Assembly: GCF_963921235.1 (NCBI RefSeq)
Contig: NC_086097.1
Span: forward strand, 162,132,001 to 162,196,000
Direction: 5' to 3'
Source: Mobula hypostoma
Taxonomy: Eukaryota
Length of the DNA stretch: 64,000 bases
Under the pieces are notes generated by a model. That model was not told the DNA's origin, searched no databases, and was given only the letters and a program-made list of their open reading frames with translations. Shown here piece after piece: positions 1 to 11,589 of the stretch (its first letter is position 1; every line of letters begins with the position of its first letter). The position numbers and the translations under genes are program-made.

Positions 1-830
1 CATCTTTTCCTCCCCCCAACTTTCTGCTTTCCACAGGAATCTCTCCCTATGCAACTCTCTTGTCCATTTGTCCCTCTCCACTGGCACTTATCCTTGTAAG
101 TGGAACAAGTGCTTCATCTGCCCCTACACCTCCTCCCTCACTACCATTCAGGGCCCCAAAGAGGCGAGGCTACACTTCACCTGTGAGTCTGTTGAGGCCA
201 TATACTGTGTTCAGTGCTCCCAGTGTGGCTTCTTGGATATCAGTGAGATCCAACTTAGATCGGGAGACTGCTTCTCCGAGCATCTACGCTCTGTCCACTA
301 GAACAAGCAGGATCTCCCAGTGGCCACCCATTTTAATTCCACTTCCCATTCCAATTCCAATGTGTCCATCCATGGCCTCCTTCACTGTCAGGATAAGGCC
401 ACACTTATGTTGGAGGAACAGCACCTTATATTCCACTTGGGTAGCCTCCAACCTCATAGCATGAACATCAATTTCTCAAGCTTCCAGTAATGCCCCCCAC
501 TCCCACCACCTCCACCATTTCCCTTCCTGTTGTCCCTCCCTCATGTTAACTCCTTGCCCTGCCATTGCCTCCCCCCGGTGCTCCTCCCACCCTCCCCCCC
601 TTCTTTCTTCCATGGCCTTCTGTCTCTTTCACCAATCAGCTTCCTAGCTTTTTGCTTCATCCATTCCCCTCCAAGTTTCACCTATCGCCTCTCTCCCCTT
701 TCAATTCTACTCCTCAGCATCTTTTCTCTAGTCCTGCCGAAGGTTTTCATTCCGAAATTTCGACGGTACTTTTTTTTCCATAGATGCTGCCTGGTCTGCT
801 GAGTTCCTCCAGCATTTTGTGTGTGTTGCT
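1..830 (+). mobile_element. Penelope-like element, 3' part (decayed GIY-YIG endonuclease plus pseudo-LTR)
   Basis: ORF 68..301 GTYPCKWNKCFIC...IYCVQCSQCG...FSEH. Degenerate hammerhead near 730-765. Confidence 0.85.
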
Positions 831-1404
831 CAATATAGTTTAATGAACATTTGAGGTTTGCCTCGAAACAGGAATATTTAGATAGATGTTTGCTTGTAAT
901 TTCAATCACCAATCAGATGAAAGCAAGTTCAAAAGAATATATTATCAATATTTCCATTAAAAATGTGTGTAAGTCTGATCATAACAGACATTTTGGCTGT
1001 AAATGTCATCTGTAATTTGTTTCAGTACCATCGTTCATTTCAGCTCCACTGACTCTTCAGTTTGTTTTTCACTTCATTGTTACAGTGGCCATTCCTTGAT
1101 TAGGTCATATACTGCACTTCCTCCATAACTAGGGTTTTAACAATCAGTGTTAATGCCAGATTAAACAATACTAGCATCCTAAATCATACACATCCACTGC
1201 TATAATTTTACACCTTTTACCACTGTGCTACCTTCCGATGCTAACTCCATATCTCTTGATTCCCTTATGTCTTGAAATATTTAAATTAATGAACTTCCAT
1301 AGCCCTCTTGGGTATTGAATTACAAAGGTCCATCAACTTTTCTGTATGAAGAAATTTCCTCTCTGTCCTGAAATGGGGGACTGCTTTGTTGAGCCTGACG
1401 TAAA

Positions 1405-1925
1405 GTACGGGATTGTTTTGTTGAACACCTCTGCTCCATTTGCCAAAAGCGGAATTTCCTGGTGGCCAACCATTTGAATTCCTATCCCCATTTCAACATT
1501 TTGATCCATGGCTTCCTCGTTTGCCACAATGATGCCACTCTCAGAGTGGAGAAGCAACACCTCATATTTTGTCTAGGTAGCCTCCTACCTCTTCTCCTCG
1601 CCTGCCTATCACCTCCCCTTGATGCCCCTCCTTCCTCCCCATGATCCACTCTCCTGTCCTCTCCTCTCCTATCAGGCTCCATCTTTTTCAGCCCTTTACC
1701 TTTCCCATGCACATGGCTTCACCTTTCACCTTCTAGCTATCCTCCTTCCCCTCCCAGCCACTTTTTTATTCTGGCATCTTCCCCTTTCCTTTCCTGTCCT
1801 GGCAAAGGGTCTTGGCATAACATTGACTGATTATTCATTTCCATGGATGCTGCCTGACCTGAGGTCGTACAGCATTTTGTGTGTATTGCTCTGGATTTCC
1901 AGCATTTGCAGAATCTCTTATGTTT
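1405..1925 (+). mobile_element. Penelope-like element 3' fragment
   Basis: ANHLNS...HGFLVC...EKQHLIFCLGSL, followed by the same pyrimidine-rich 3' region and end motif as the other copies. Confidence 0.8.
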
Positions 1926-2157
1926 ATGATTTGTGATTTAAGTCGCCCATTGATGCATTCAGCAAATGAAGACACACTGATTTTCAGGTCATATCAGATT
2001 TAATTTAGGTAATTCAGTAGTCCTTGCTAGTGAAATCAGTACATCTTTTTAGATTTAGTTAAGGTGATTTGTGCAATCCTCCAAGTATTGTTTTAGAAAT
2101 TGAAGCTACATGGTTTAATATTTTTAAAATTATGGTATTCTATTTTTAATGTTTTAA

Positions 2158-2376
<219 letters not shown>

Positions 2377-2460
2377 TAGGAGGAATTATTGTTGTTATAC
2401 TTTAAAATGTGTATTCCAGTTCTGATTTGACTTTCTTTTTTTACCCGTAAGTAAACCTGG

Positions 2461-2630
2461 GGAGGCATGGTAGCGTAGCAGTTAGTGTAATGCTATAACA
2501 GCACCAGTGACCTGGGTTCAATCCCCACACTCATGTACGGAGTTTGCACCTTCACAACATGACCACATGAGTTTTCTCTCAGTGCTCCGGTTTCCTCCCA
2601 CGTTCCAAAGACGTTCAGGTTAGTAGGTGT
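2461..2630 (+). mobile_element. tRNA-derived SINE fragment
   Basis: A-box-like tggtagcgtagcagtt and B-box-like gggttcaatccc, then the ctccggtttcctccca core typical of vertebrate V-SINE-like families. Confidence 0.65.
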
Positions 2631-3038
2631 TATGTTTTGTAACTTCAAAACATTAAACTAATTAAAAAGAAAGCATGGAGAGTCTGAAAATGCAAGTCTC
2701 AGTTTGTCCTTTACGTTAAGTGTGTAGCGTGATAATGTATGTAATTCCTGGTTGTAGACGGGTCATATTCTGCATGGAGGTTGGTCACCGGTAGTGTGCC
2801 TCAGGGATCTGTTCTGGGACCCCTGCTCTTCATGATTTTTATAAATAACCTGGATGAAGGTGTGGAAGGATGGGTTAGTAAGTTTGCTGATGACGCAAAG
2901 GTTGCAGGTGTTGTGGATAGTGTGGAGGGCTGTCAGAGGTTACAGTGGGACATTGATAGGATGCAAACATGGGCTAAGAAGTGGCAAATGGAGTTCAACC
3001 CAGGTAAGTGTGAGGTGGTTCATTTTAGTAAGTTAATG

Positions 3039-3795
3039 ATGGAGAATTTCACCTGGTCCCTCAACACCAACTCCATAGCCAAGAATGCCCAGCAGCGTCT
3101 GTACTTCCTGCGAAGGCTGAGAAAAGTCCATCCCCCCCCATCCTCACCACATTCTGCAGAGGATGAACCGAGAGCATCGTGAGCAGCTACAACACTGCCT
3201 GGTTCAGGAATTGCACCGTCTTGGATCACAAGACCCTGCAGCGGATAGTGAGGTCTGCTGAGAAGATCATCCGGGTCTGTCTTCCCACTATTACAGACAT
3301 TTACACCACACGCTGCACCCGCAAAGCAAACAATATTATGAAGGACCCCATACACCCCTCACACAAACTCTTCTCCCTCCTGCCATCTGGCAAAAGGTAC
3401 TGAAGCATTCGGGCTCTCACGACCAAACTGTGCAACAGTTTCTTCCCCCAAGCCATCAGACTCCTCAATACTCAGAGTCTAGACTGACATCTACATCATT
3501 TATTATTATATTGTAATTTGTCCTCTACTGTGCCTATTGTCTTGTTTATTAATTATTGTACTGCCCTGCACTGTTTTGTGCACTTTATGTAGTCCTGTGC
3601 AGGTCTGTAGTCTCGTGCAGTTTTTATGTTGTTTTACGTAGTCTAGTGTAGCCTTGTGCTGTCTCACATAGTCTCGTATAGTTTTGTGTTGTTTCATGTA
3701 GTACCAGGGTCCTGGAGGAACGTTGTTTCATTTTTACTGTGTACTGTACCAGCAGCTTATGGTGGAAATGACAATAAACTTGACTTGACTTGACT
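3039..3795 (+). mobile_element. Rex1/Babar-like LINE 3' fragment nested in CR1
   Basis: SIAKNAQQRLYFLRRLRK...DPIHPSHKLFSLLPSGKRY. AATAAA followed by a (cttga)n tail at ~3773-3795. Confidence 0.75.
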
Positions 3796-3876
3796 CGACT
3801 CTTGGCAGTGTGGAGGATCAGAGGGATCTTGGGGTCTAAGTCCATAGGACACTCAAGGCTGCTGCGCAGGTTGACT

Positions 3877-4226
3877 CATAGTCATGGTCATAGTCATAGT
3901 CATACTTTATTGATCCCGGGGGAAATTGATTTTGGTTACAGTTGCACCATAAATAATAAATAGTAATAAAACCATAAATAGTTAAATAGTAATATGTAAA
4001 TTATGCCAGGAAATAAGTCCAGGACCAGCCTATTGTCTCAGGGTGTCTGACCCTCCAAGGGAGGAGTTGTAAAGTTTGATGGCCACAGGCAGGAATGACT
4101 TCCTATGACGCTCAGTGTTGCATCTCGGTGGAATGAGTCTCTGGCTAAATGTACTCCTGTGCCCAACCAGTACATTATGTAGTGGATGGGAGACATTGTC
4201 CAAGATGGCATGCAACTTGGACAGCA
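3877..4226 (-). mobile_element. Rex1/L2-like LINE 3' fragment nested in CR1
   Basis: ORF 4030..4227(-) ILDNVSHPLH...CNTERHRKSFLPVAIKLYN. (ctatga)n tail on the minus strand at 3877-3903. Confidence 0.75.
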
Positions 4227-4744
4227 TAAGAAAGCATACGGTGCATTGGGATTGAGTTTAGGAGCCGAGAGGTAATGTTGCAGCTAAATAGGACCCTGGT
4301 CAGACCCCACTTGGAGTATTGTGCTCAGTTCTGGTCGCCTCAGGAAGGATGTGGAAACCATAGAAAGGGTGCAGAGGAGATTTACAAGGATGTTGCCTGG
4401 ATTGGGGAGCATGCCTTATGAGAATAGGTTGAGTGAACTCGGCCTTTTTTCCTTGGAGCGACGGGGGGGTGAGAGGTGACCTGATAGGGGTGTACAAGAT
4501 GATGAGAGGCATTGATCGTGTGGATAGTCAAAGGCTTTTTCCCAGGGCTGAAATGGCCAGCACTAAGGTGCTTGGAAGTAGGTACAGAGGAGATATCAGG
4601 GGTAAGTTTTTTATGCAGAGAATGGTGAATGCGTGGAATGGGCTGCCAGTGACGGTGGTGGAGGTGGGTACGATAGGGTTTTGTAAGTGACTCCTGGACA
4701 GATATATGGAGCTCAGAAAAATAGAGAGCTATGAGTAACCCCTA

Positions 4745-5056
4745 TATGTGGGCATGTGGCCAAGTGGTTAAGGCATTGGACTAGCAACCTGAAGGTCATG
4801 AGTTTGAGCCCCAGCCAAGGCAACGTGTTGTGTCCTTGAGCAAGGCACTTAATCACACATTGCTCTGCAACGACACTGGTGCCAAGCTGTATGGGTCCTA
4901 ATGCCCTTCCCTAGAACATTGGTGTCGTGGAGGGGGGAGACTTGCAGCATGGGCAACTGCTGGTCTTCCATACAACCTTGCCCAGGCCTGCGCCCTGGAG
5001 AGTGAAGACTTTCCAGGTGCAAATCCGTGGTCTTGCAAGACTAATGGATGCCTTTG
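4745..5056 (+). mobile_element. tRNA-derived SINE with CORE-like domain, inserted in CR1 3' UTR
   Basis: tRNA-like head gtggccaagtggttaaggc...gagtttgagccc and core gtgtccttgagcaaggcacttaa. Imperfect TSD atgagtaaccccta (4731-4744) / atgggtaacccta (5057-5069). Confidence 0.8.
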
Positions 5057-5714
5057 ATGGGTAACCCTAGGTAATTTCTCAGGTAAGGACATGTTCGGCA
5101 CAGCTTTGTTGGCTGGAAGGACCTGTTACCATGCTGCATCTCTAAACAATGATAATAAATGTCTAAGTGAGAGTTGCAGGTGTAATGAAAGATAGTTCCC
5201 ATCTGCCTTTGCAAGTGAATACAGTACTTCTCGTAGCGGTAATTAAAGAGGAACAGGAATAGTTTCCTGGAGGTCTCTTGTATAATTTTCCCCCAGACTA
5301 CATAAATAAATGATGGACTTGCTATTTATCATTATACTGGTGTCTGTGTGAAAATTCTCTTCAACTGAAGTACATAATTAACTGCAACATTCAAAAATAA
5401 GAATGGGAATGTAGGAAATTTCCGTTAGCTCAGACTACATCTGTGCAGAAGTTGACAGAATTAGAAAACATGTTTAATTACTTTGAAGAGTAATAAGTGA
5501 AGAAGGAATACATTGTGTGTGCTTTGCAAAAGGCTAGGATGCAGTTACAGCAAATAATTGGGAAAGTGAATAATGTTAGCATTGTTGCTACAGGAAATGA
5601 ATTTAAAAGCTGGGAGTTTTTGCTTTACTGATATGGAAGTTAAGGGTTGTGTCCCAGAGGATTGCTAAAATTTTTAGATGGGAGACTGGGCACTCCTTAT
5701 ACAGAAAGGCATAA

Positions 5715-6720
5715 ACATGAGAAAGTCTGCAGATGCTGGAAACTAAAAAAAAAAGCACACATGAATCTGGAGGAACTCAGCAGGTCAGACAGCATCCTTG
5801 GAAATTAATAAACAGTCGATGTTTCAGGCCCCTCTTCAAGACTGGAAAGGAAGGGGGAAGATGTCGGAATAAAAAGATGGCAGGAGGGGAAGGAGGAGAG
5901 CTCAAAGGTGATAGGTGAAGCTAGTTGGGTGGGAAAGATAACGGGCTGAAGAAGAAGGGATCTGATAGGAGGGAACCAGAGGGGAAAGGGAAAGAGGAGG
6001 GTACCCAGGCAGAGGTGATAGAAGGTGATTGGCACAAGAAGAGGCTATGGACCAACATGTTGGAATGGGAATCGGAATTAAAACGTTTGGCCACTGGGAA
6101 GATCCGCTTTTGGCGGATGAAGCGGAGGTGTTCAGTGAAGTGGTCCCCTGATTCACGGTGGGCCTCACCAAAGTAGAGGAGGTGGCATCAGAAGCAGCAG
6201 ACACAACAGATGACCCCAGCAGATTTGCAGTCCTGAAAGAACTGTTTGGAGCCCTGCATGAATGTGAAGGAGGAGGTGAATGGACAGGTGTAGTGCTTGC
6301 AACAATAACTGCTGGGAGGGATATTACTGGGGAGGGACAAATGGACTAGGGAACCACAGAGTTGAGCAATCACTGCGGAAAGTGGGGTAGGGGAGGTAAA
6401 GCTATGTTTAGTGGTAGGATCCTTTTGGAGATGGCGGAAGTTGTGGTGGATGATGTGTTGGATGCAGAGGATCATGGGGTGGTAGATAAGGACGGGAGGA
6501 ACTCTATCACTGTTCAGGCAACGGGAGGATGTGGTGAGCTTGGATGTTCAGGAAATGGAGGAGATTCGGGTGAGGGCAGCAACAATGATGGAGGAAGGAA
6601 AACCTCTGTTCTTTGAAGAAGAGGAACATTTCTGATGTTCTCAAATGGAAAACTGCATCCCGGGAATAAATGCAACAGAGACAAAAGAACTAAGAAAAGG
6701 GAATAGTTTTACAGGGGACA
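5715..6720 (-). mobile_element. Penelope-like element 3' fragment (decayed)
   Basis: Minus-strand IQHIIHHNFRHLQKDPTTKH and GIY-YIG remnants. Degenerate hammerhead at ~5813-5845. Confidence 0.8.
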
Positions 6721-6944
6721 GAGTCACGATAAGAGTAAGAGTTCGGCACGGACTAGAAGGGCTGAGATGGCTTGTTTCCGTGCTGTAATTGTTATATGGT
6801 TATAACTGGAAATCAGTAGGTTTAGACAGGTATATGGAGGAATTTAAGGTGGGGGCTTATATGGGAGGCAGGGTTTGAGGGTTGGCTCAACATTGTGGGC
6901 CGAAGGGCCTGTACTGTGCTGTACTATTCTACCTATGTATATAG

Positions 6945-7400
6945 TGAAGAGTTGTCAAGTCAATTTCATGTTTATTGTTATCCGATTGTACAACTAAATG
7001 AAACAATGGTGCTCCATTACTATAAATAAGTTAATAAAATCTAATTCAAAATTAATCTAGTGCAGGTAAACAGTAAACAGTTCTCTGTTCGAGTGATAAG
7101 ACCTCAGTAGTTTCTGGGTATTCATTAGTCTCACAGCCTGAGAGAGGAAGCTCTTACCCAGTCTGACAGTCCTAGTCCTGATGCTTCTGTACCTCCTTCC
7201 TGATGGTAGTGGGTCAAAGAGATTGTGGGATAAGTAGTAGGCATCCTCAACAATGCTTTGGCCCCATCAAATATAAATATTACAAATGGGGGGAGGGAGA
7301 TCCCAGTAATCCTCATGCAGTTTTTATAATCCTCTATAGGGCCTTGTAGTCTAATTCCTTACAGGTTCCGTACCACACAATCATGCACCCAGACAGGACA
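6945..7400 (-). mobile_element. Rex1/Babar-like LINE 3' fragment
   Basis: Minus-strand similarity to the other Rex1-like copies (ctaccatcaggaaggaggtacagaagcatcaggact...). AATAAA and ttgacttga tail. Confidence 0.6.
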
Positions 7401-7585
7401 ACTTTCTACAGGAACACCATCGTCAGGACACTCAATGGATTGGTAGAGAGGTCCCCATGATAAAGGATCCACCAGGTGACATAAATTCTGGCCATAGGAA
7501 TGGAGCAGGGAACAGACTAGATCAGGCACTATCTGTATAAGATTGAGGGATGGCAACTGACTTGTTCTTTTCCTCATGTAGCATG

Positions 7586-9038
7586 ACTTTTAAAAAAGGA
7601 CGGAGAGAGAAACCGGGGAATTATAGACCGGTTAGCCTAGCGTTGGTGGTGGGGAAACTGCTGGAGTCAGTTATCAAAGATGTGATAACAGCACATTTGG
7701 AAAGCAGTGAAATGATCGGACAAAGTCAGCATGGATTTGTGAAAGGAAAATCATGTCTGACAAATCTCATAGAATTTTTTGAGGATGTAACTAGTAGAGT
7801 GGATAGGGGAGAACCAGTGGATGTGGTATATTTGGATTTTAAAAAGGCTTTTGACAAGGTCCCACACAGGAGATTAGTGTGCAAACTTAAAGCACATGGT
7901 ATTGGGGGTAAGGTATTGATGTGGATAGAGAATTGGTTAGCAGACAGGAAGCAAAGAGTGGGAATACACGGGACCTTTTCAGAATGGCAGGCAGTGACGA
8001 GTGGGGTACCGCAAGGCTCAGTGCTGGGACCCCAGTTGTTTACAATATATGTTAATGACTTGGATGAGGGAATTAAATGCAGCATCTCCAAGTTTGCGGA
8101 TAACACTAAGCTGGGCGGCAATGTTAGCTGTGAGGAGGATGCTAAGAGGATGCAGGGTGACTTGGATAGGTTGGGTGAGTGGGCAAAATCATGGCAGATG
8201 CAACTTAATGTGGATAAATGTGAAGTTATCCACTTTGGTGGCAAAAACAGGAAAACAGATTATTATCTGAATGGTGGCCGATTAGGAAAAGGGGAGGTGC
8301 AACGAGACCTGGGTGTCATTATACACCAGTCATTGAAAGTGGGCATGCAGGTACAGCAGGCGGTGAAAAAGGCGAATGGTATGCTGGCATTTATAGCGAG
8401 AGGATTCGAGTACAGGAGCAGGGAGGTACTACTGCAGTTGTACAAGGCCTTGGTGAGACCACACCTGGAGTATTGTGTGCAGTTTTGGTCCCCTAATCTG
8501 AGGAAAGACATCCTTGCCATAGAGGGTGTACAAAGAAGGTTCACCAGATTGATTCCTGGGATGGCAGGACTTTCATATGAAGAAAGACTGGATGAACTAG
8601 GCTTGTACTCATTGGAATTTAGAAGATTGAGGGGGGATCTGATTGAAACGTATAAAATCCTAAAGGGATTGGACAGGCTAGATGCAGGAAGATTGTTCCC
8701 GCTGTTGGGGAAGTCCAGAACGAGGGGTCACAGTTTGAGGATAAAGGGGAAGCCTTTTAGGACCGAGATGAGGAAAAACTTCTTCACACAGAGAATGGTG
8801 AATCTGTGGAATTCTCTGCCACAGGAAACAGTTGAGGCCAGTCCATTGGCTATATTTAAGAGGGAGTTAGATATGGCCCTTGTGGCTACGGGGATCGGGG
8901 GTATGGAGGGAAGGCTGGTGCAGGGTTCTGAGTTGGATGATCAGCCATGATCATAATAAATGGCGGTGCAGGCTCGAAGGGCCGAATGGCCTACTCCTGC
9001 ACCTATTTTCTATGTTTTTATGTTTCTATGTTTCTATG
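7586..9038 (+). mobile_element. 5'-truncated young CR1 LINE with an open RT reading frame
   Basis: ORF 7550..8950: NYRPVSL, QHGFVKGKSC, YLDFKKAFD, PQGSVLGP and FADN (catalytic DD changed to DN). (ttctatg)n-type tail. Confidence 0.95.
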
Positions 9039-9412
9039 ACAAAGGAGGATATTCTTAGTTCACTATTAATGTTTATCTCCTGGAAAGCTGTTTTTTTAGT
9101 TCTCCGATTAAACCAGGGAGGTTTTTTTTCTCATTGATAAAATTACTAATTATGATTGAGTACATGAGTAGACCGGTTTATGATTTTACTTTGCTCAGTC
9201 ATTTAAATTTATCCTCTTTGATATTTCAAGTAAGAGAGTGTTTCAAAGGTTAGTTTTGTTTTGTCACAGTCACACTGGAATTCACTGTTAATTTGATAAG
9301 AGTCATTCTGGAAGTGGACAACAGGAATTCTGCAGATGCTGGAAATTCAAGCAACACACATCAAAGTTGCTGGTGAACACAGCAGGCCAGGCAGCATCTC
9401 TAGGAAGAGGTA

Positions 9413-9450
9413 CAGTCGACGTTTCAGGCCGAGACCCTTCGTCAGGACTA
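9413..9450 (-). ncRNA. Minimal type I hammerhead ribozyme motif
   Basis: Reverse complement reads uaguc-CUGACGA-agg-gucucgg-ccu-GAAA-cg-UC-gacug. Stem I aguc/gacu, short stem II, palindromic minimal stem III. Confidence 0.8.
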
Positions 9451-9695
9451 ATTGAAGGAAGAGTTAGTAAGAGGGAAGAATTTACAGATGGGGAGCAGTG
9501 AGAGATGGTTTCACTGAACTCCCGTCAAAGAGAGGATCTAAACTTCTTCGGTGTAGGCATCACCGGAAGAGGCTTCGCAGTAGTGAATTTAAAAACGCAA
9601 ACAACAGGAATTCTGCAGATGCTGGAAATTCAAGCAACACACATCAAAGTTGCTGGTGAACGCAGCAGGCCAGGCAGCATCTCTAGGAAGAGGTA

Positions 9696-9733
9696 CAGTC
9701 GACGTTTCAGGCCAAGACCCTTCGTCAGGACTA
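9696..9733 (-). ncRNA. Minimal type I hammerhead ribozyme motif
   Basis: Same core as 9413-9450, 283 nt away on the same strand. Confidence 0.8.
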
Positions 9734-9779
9734 ACTGAAGGAAGAGTTAGTAAGAGCTCTTACTAACTCTTCCTTCAGT

Positions 9780-9817
9780 TAGTCCTGACGAAGGGTCTTG
9801 GCCTGAAACGTCGACTG
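9780..9817 (+). ncRNA. Minimal type I hammerhead ribozyme motif (sense to PTK2)
   Basis: tagtc CTGACGA agg gtcttgg cct GAAA cg TC gactg. Predicted cleavage after 9812. Confidence 0.8.
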
Positions 9818-10344
9818 TACCTCTTCCTAGAGATGCTGCCTGGCCTGCTGCGTTCACCAGCAACTTTGATGTGTGTTGCTATTCTGGAAGTGGGCTAGTT
9901 TAGACAAACAGACAAATTTAGACAAACAGATAAATTCCATTATGGATTCCTGCAAGGATGAGTTTTCTGGAAAGTGACAGCATAGTCAAGGATTTTGTAA
10001 AATAAAAAGGGTTAGAAATTATTTGCAAAGAAAGATTAAAGGTAATTTTTTTATTAAAAAGAGCCAATTGCAGATTTTCTGGACAATATACAAGGGATAA
10101 TTAAAATTAGCATGGATGCAGGTATTGAAAGGTGGCCAGTAGTTAGTAAAAAGAGTGTCAAATCTGCACATACAGAGATCTTGGAGGGCATAAGAGAAAG
10201 GAGAGTAGCTACTCTCCTTTAGCTAAAGAAAGAATTTGGCCAGGAAAGGGCTAGGTGGAGAGTTGAGTGAAGATCCATAAGAGCTTTTCTCAGTGGGTTA
10301 GTGATGAAAAATAAGTGGTATTAAATGACTAGATTTAATACTAC

Positions 10345-10760
10345 AAAATAAAAGCTGCAGAGGGTTGTAGACTCAGCCAGTTCTGTCATGGTCACTAGCC
10401 TTCTCACCATCAGGACATCTTCAAAAGGCAGTGCCACAAGAAGGCACCATCCATGATTAAAGACTGTCACCATCCAAGCCATCCCCTCATCTCATTTCCG
10501 CCATCAGAGAGGAAGTACAGGAGCCTGAAAAAGCACACTCAATGGTTCAAGAACAGCTTCTTCCCCTCTGCAATTAGATTTCTGAACCGTCTATGAACAC
10601 TACGTCACTACTTTGGTTTTTGTCAATATTTATTTGTTGTCTTTACATTTCTTACTTAAACCTGTAGAATTTTTTTTATGTATTGTACTGTACTGCTGCT
10701 GCAAAACAAAAAAAATTAATGACATGTGTCAATGATAAATAAACCAGATTCTCATTCTGA
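10345..10760 (+). mobile_element. Rex1/L2-like LINE 3' fragment (decayed)
   Basis: ccatcagagaggaagtacaggagcctg...aacagcttcttcccc, as in the other Rex1-like copies. AATAAA near 10737. Confidence 0.6.
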
Positions 10761-11081
10761 GAATTGGTTGAATATCTTGGCCTTCATGACAGAGATTGCC
10801 ATGAGTTCCATTTTCTTGTTGGAGTTGAGGGTGGAGATTTATATATGGTAGATTGGTTGAAGAAAATAGCTTACAGAAGAAGAAAGAAGCCAGGGATTAT
10901 TCCAGCATAATCTTAGAACAATGAATGTTTTTGGCTTGTCAGAGGGAGGTTTGAAAACAAAAATGTCGAAGTGACTGTAAAGCACTTAGCTGATGATGTG
11001 GAAATCAGTAATGAGGAATGAGGCATCTGCTCAGACCTCTGCTGTCAGAGTTTTAATTCAATTTTAAAGGAAATGTTGATA

Positions 11082-11430
11082 CAGGTGTCCCCTGCTTTTC
11101 AAACGTTCATTTTATGAAACCTCGCTGTTACGAAAGACCTACATTAGTTAGCTGTATTCGCTAACAGAAGGTGTTTTCACTGTTATGAAAAAAGGCAGCG
11201 CGTGCCCCGAGCAGCCAAGCTCCTCCCCCGGAACTGCATTCTAGCCGGCATTGCTTAAACACGTGCCTGTGAGCAGCCGTTAGCAAGATGAGTTCTAAGG
11301 TATCAGAAAAGCCTGAAAGAGCTCGTAAGGGTGTTACACTTAGCGTAAAACTAGACATAATTAAGCGTTTCAAGATAGAAGAAGATGACCTGCCTGCCCT
11401 GATGGAAACAGATGGCGATGAGATGACACC
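11082..11430 (+). mobile_element. Tigger/pogo-like DNA transposon left end
   Basis: TA|CAGGTGTCCCC terminus. ORF 11288 MSSKVSEKPERARKGVTLSVKLDIIKRF resembles the CENP-B/psq-type N-terminus of pogo transposases. Confidence 0.65.
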
Positions 11431-11589
11431 CCAGTGGTCCCAACCTCCGGGCCACGGACCGATACATTGCCACGGAGAATGCAGCGGTAGCCGGGACTCA
11501 CCCAGCACATCTTTAAGAAAAGAGCTGAAATAAACAAGCTAATTAATTAGGTGCCGCCCAGCACGTAAATGTCGGCCCAGATCAGTGGC

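Larger units (their letters stand above)
2753..5125 (+). mobile_element. CR1 LINE 3' part, interrupted by three nested insertions
   Basis: RT motifs VPQGSVLGP and KFADD (ORF 2781). Resumes at ~3796 and ~4227 (RGDLIGVYKMMRG...NAWNGLP). 3' UTR matches the copy at 17305-19603. Confidence 0.85.
9318..9880 (-). mobile_element. Penelope-derived mini insertion: tandem pseudo-LTR pieces plus fold-back arm, with 13-bp TSD
   Basis: TSD ATTCTGGAAGTGG at 9305-9317 and 9881-9893. Direct repeat 9318-9473 / 9601-9756. Perfect palindrome 9633-9880. Confidence 0.9.

Noticed and set aside
3560..3705. ~30-bp repeated units resembling a CRISPR array
   Set aside because: Degenerate tandem minisatellite in a LINE 3' UTR with no unique spacers; eukaryotic intron with no cas genes.
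4748..4820. tRNA gene
   Set aside because: The tRNA-like head continues into a SINE body with a TSD, and the B-box and acceptor stem are degenerate.
7550..8950. 466-aa RT ORF as a domesticated gene or active element
   Set aside because: It is a 5'-truncated CR1 with FADN instead of FADD, a LINE tail and a near-identical sibling at 40775-41376. The start codon comes from flanking DNA.
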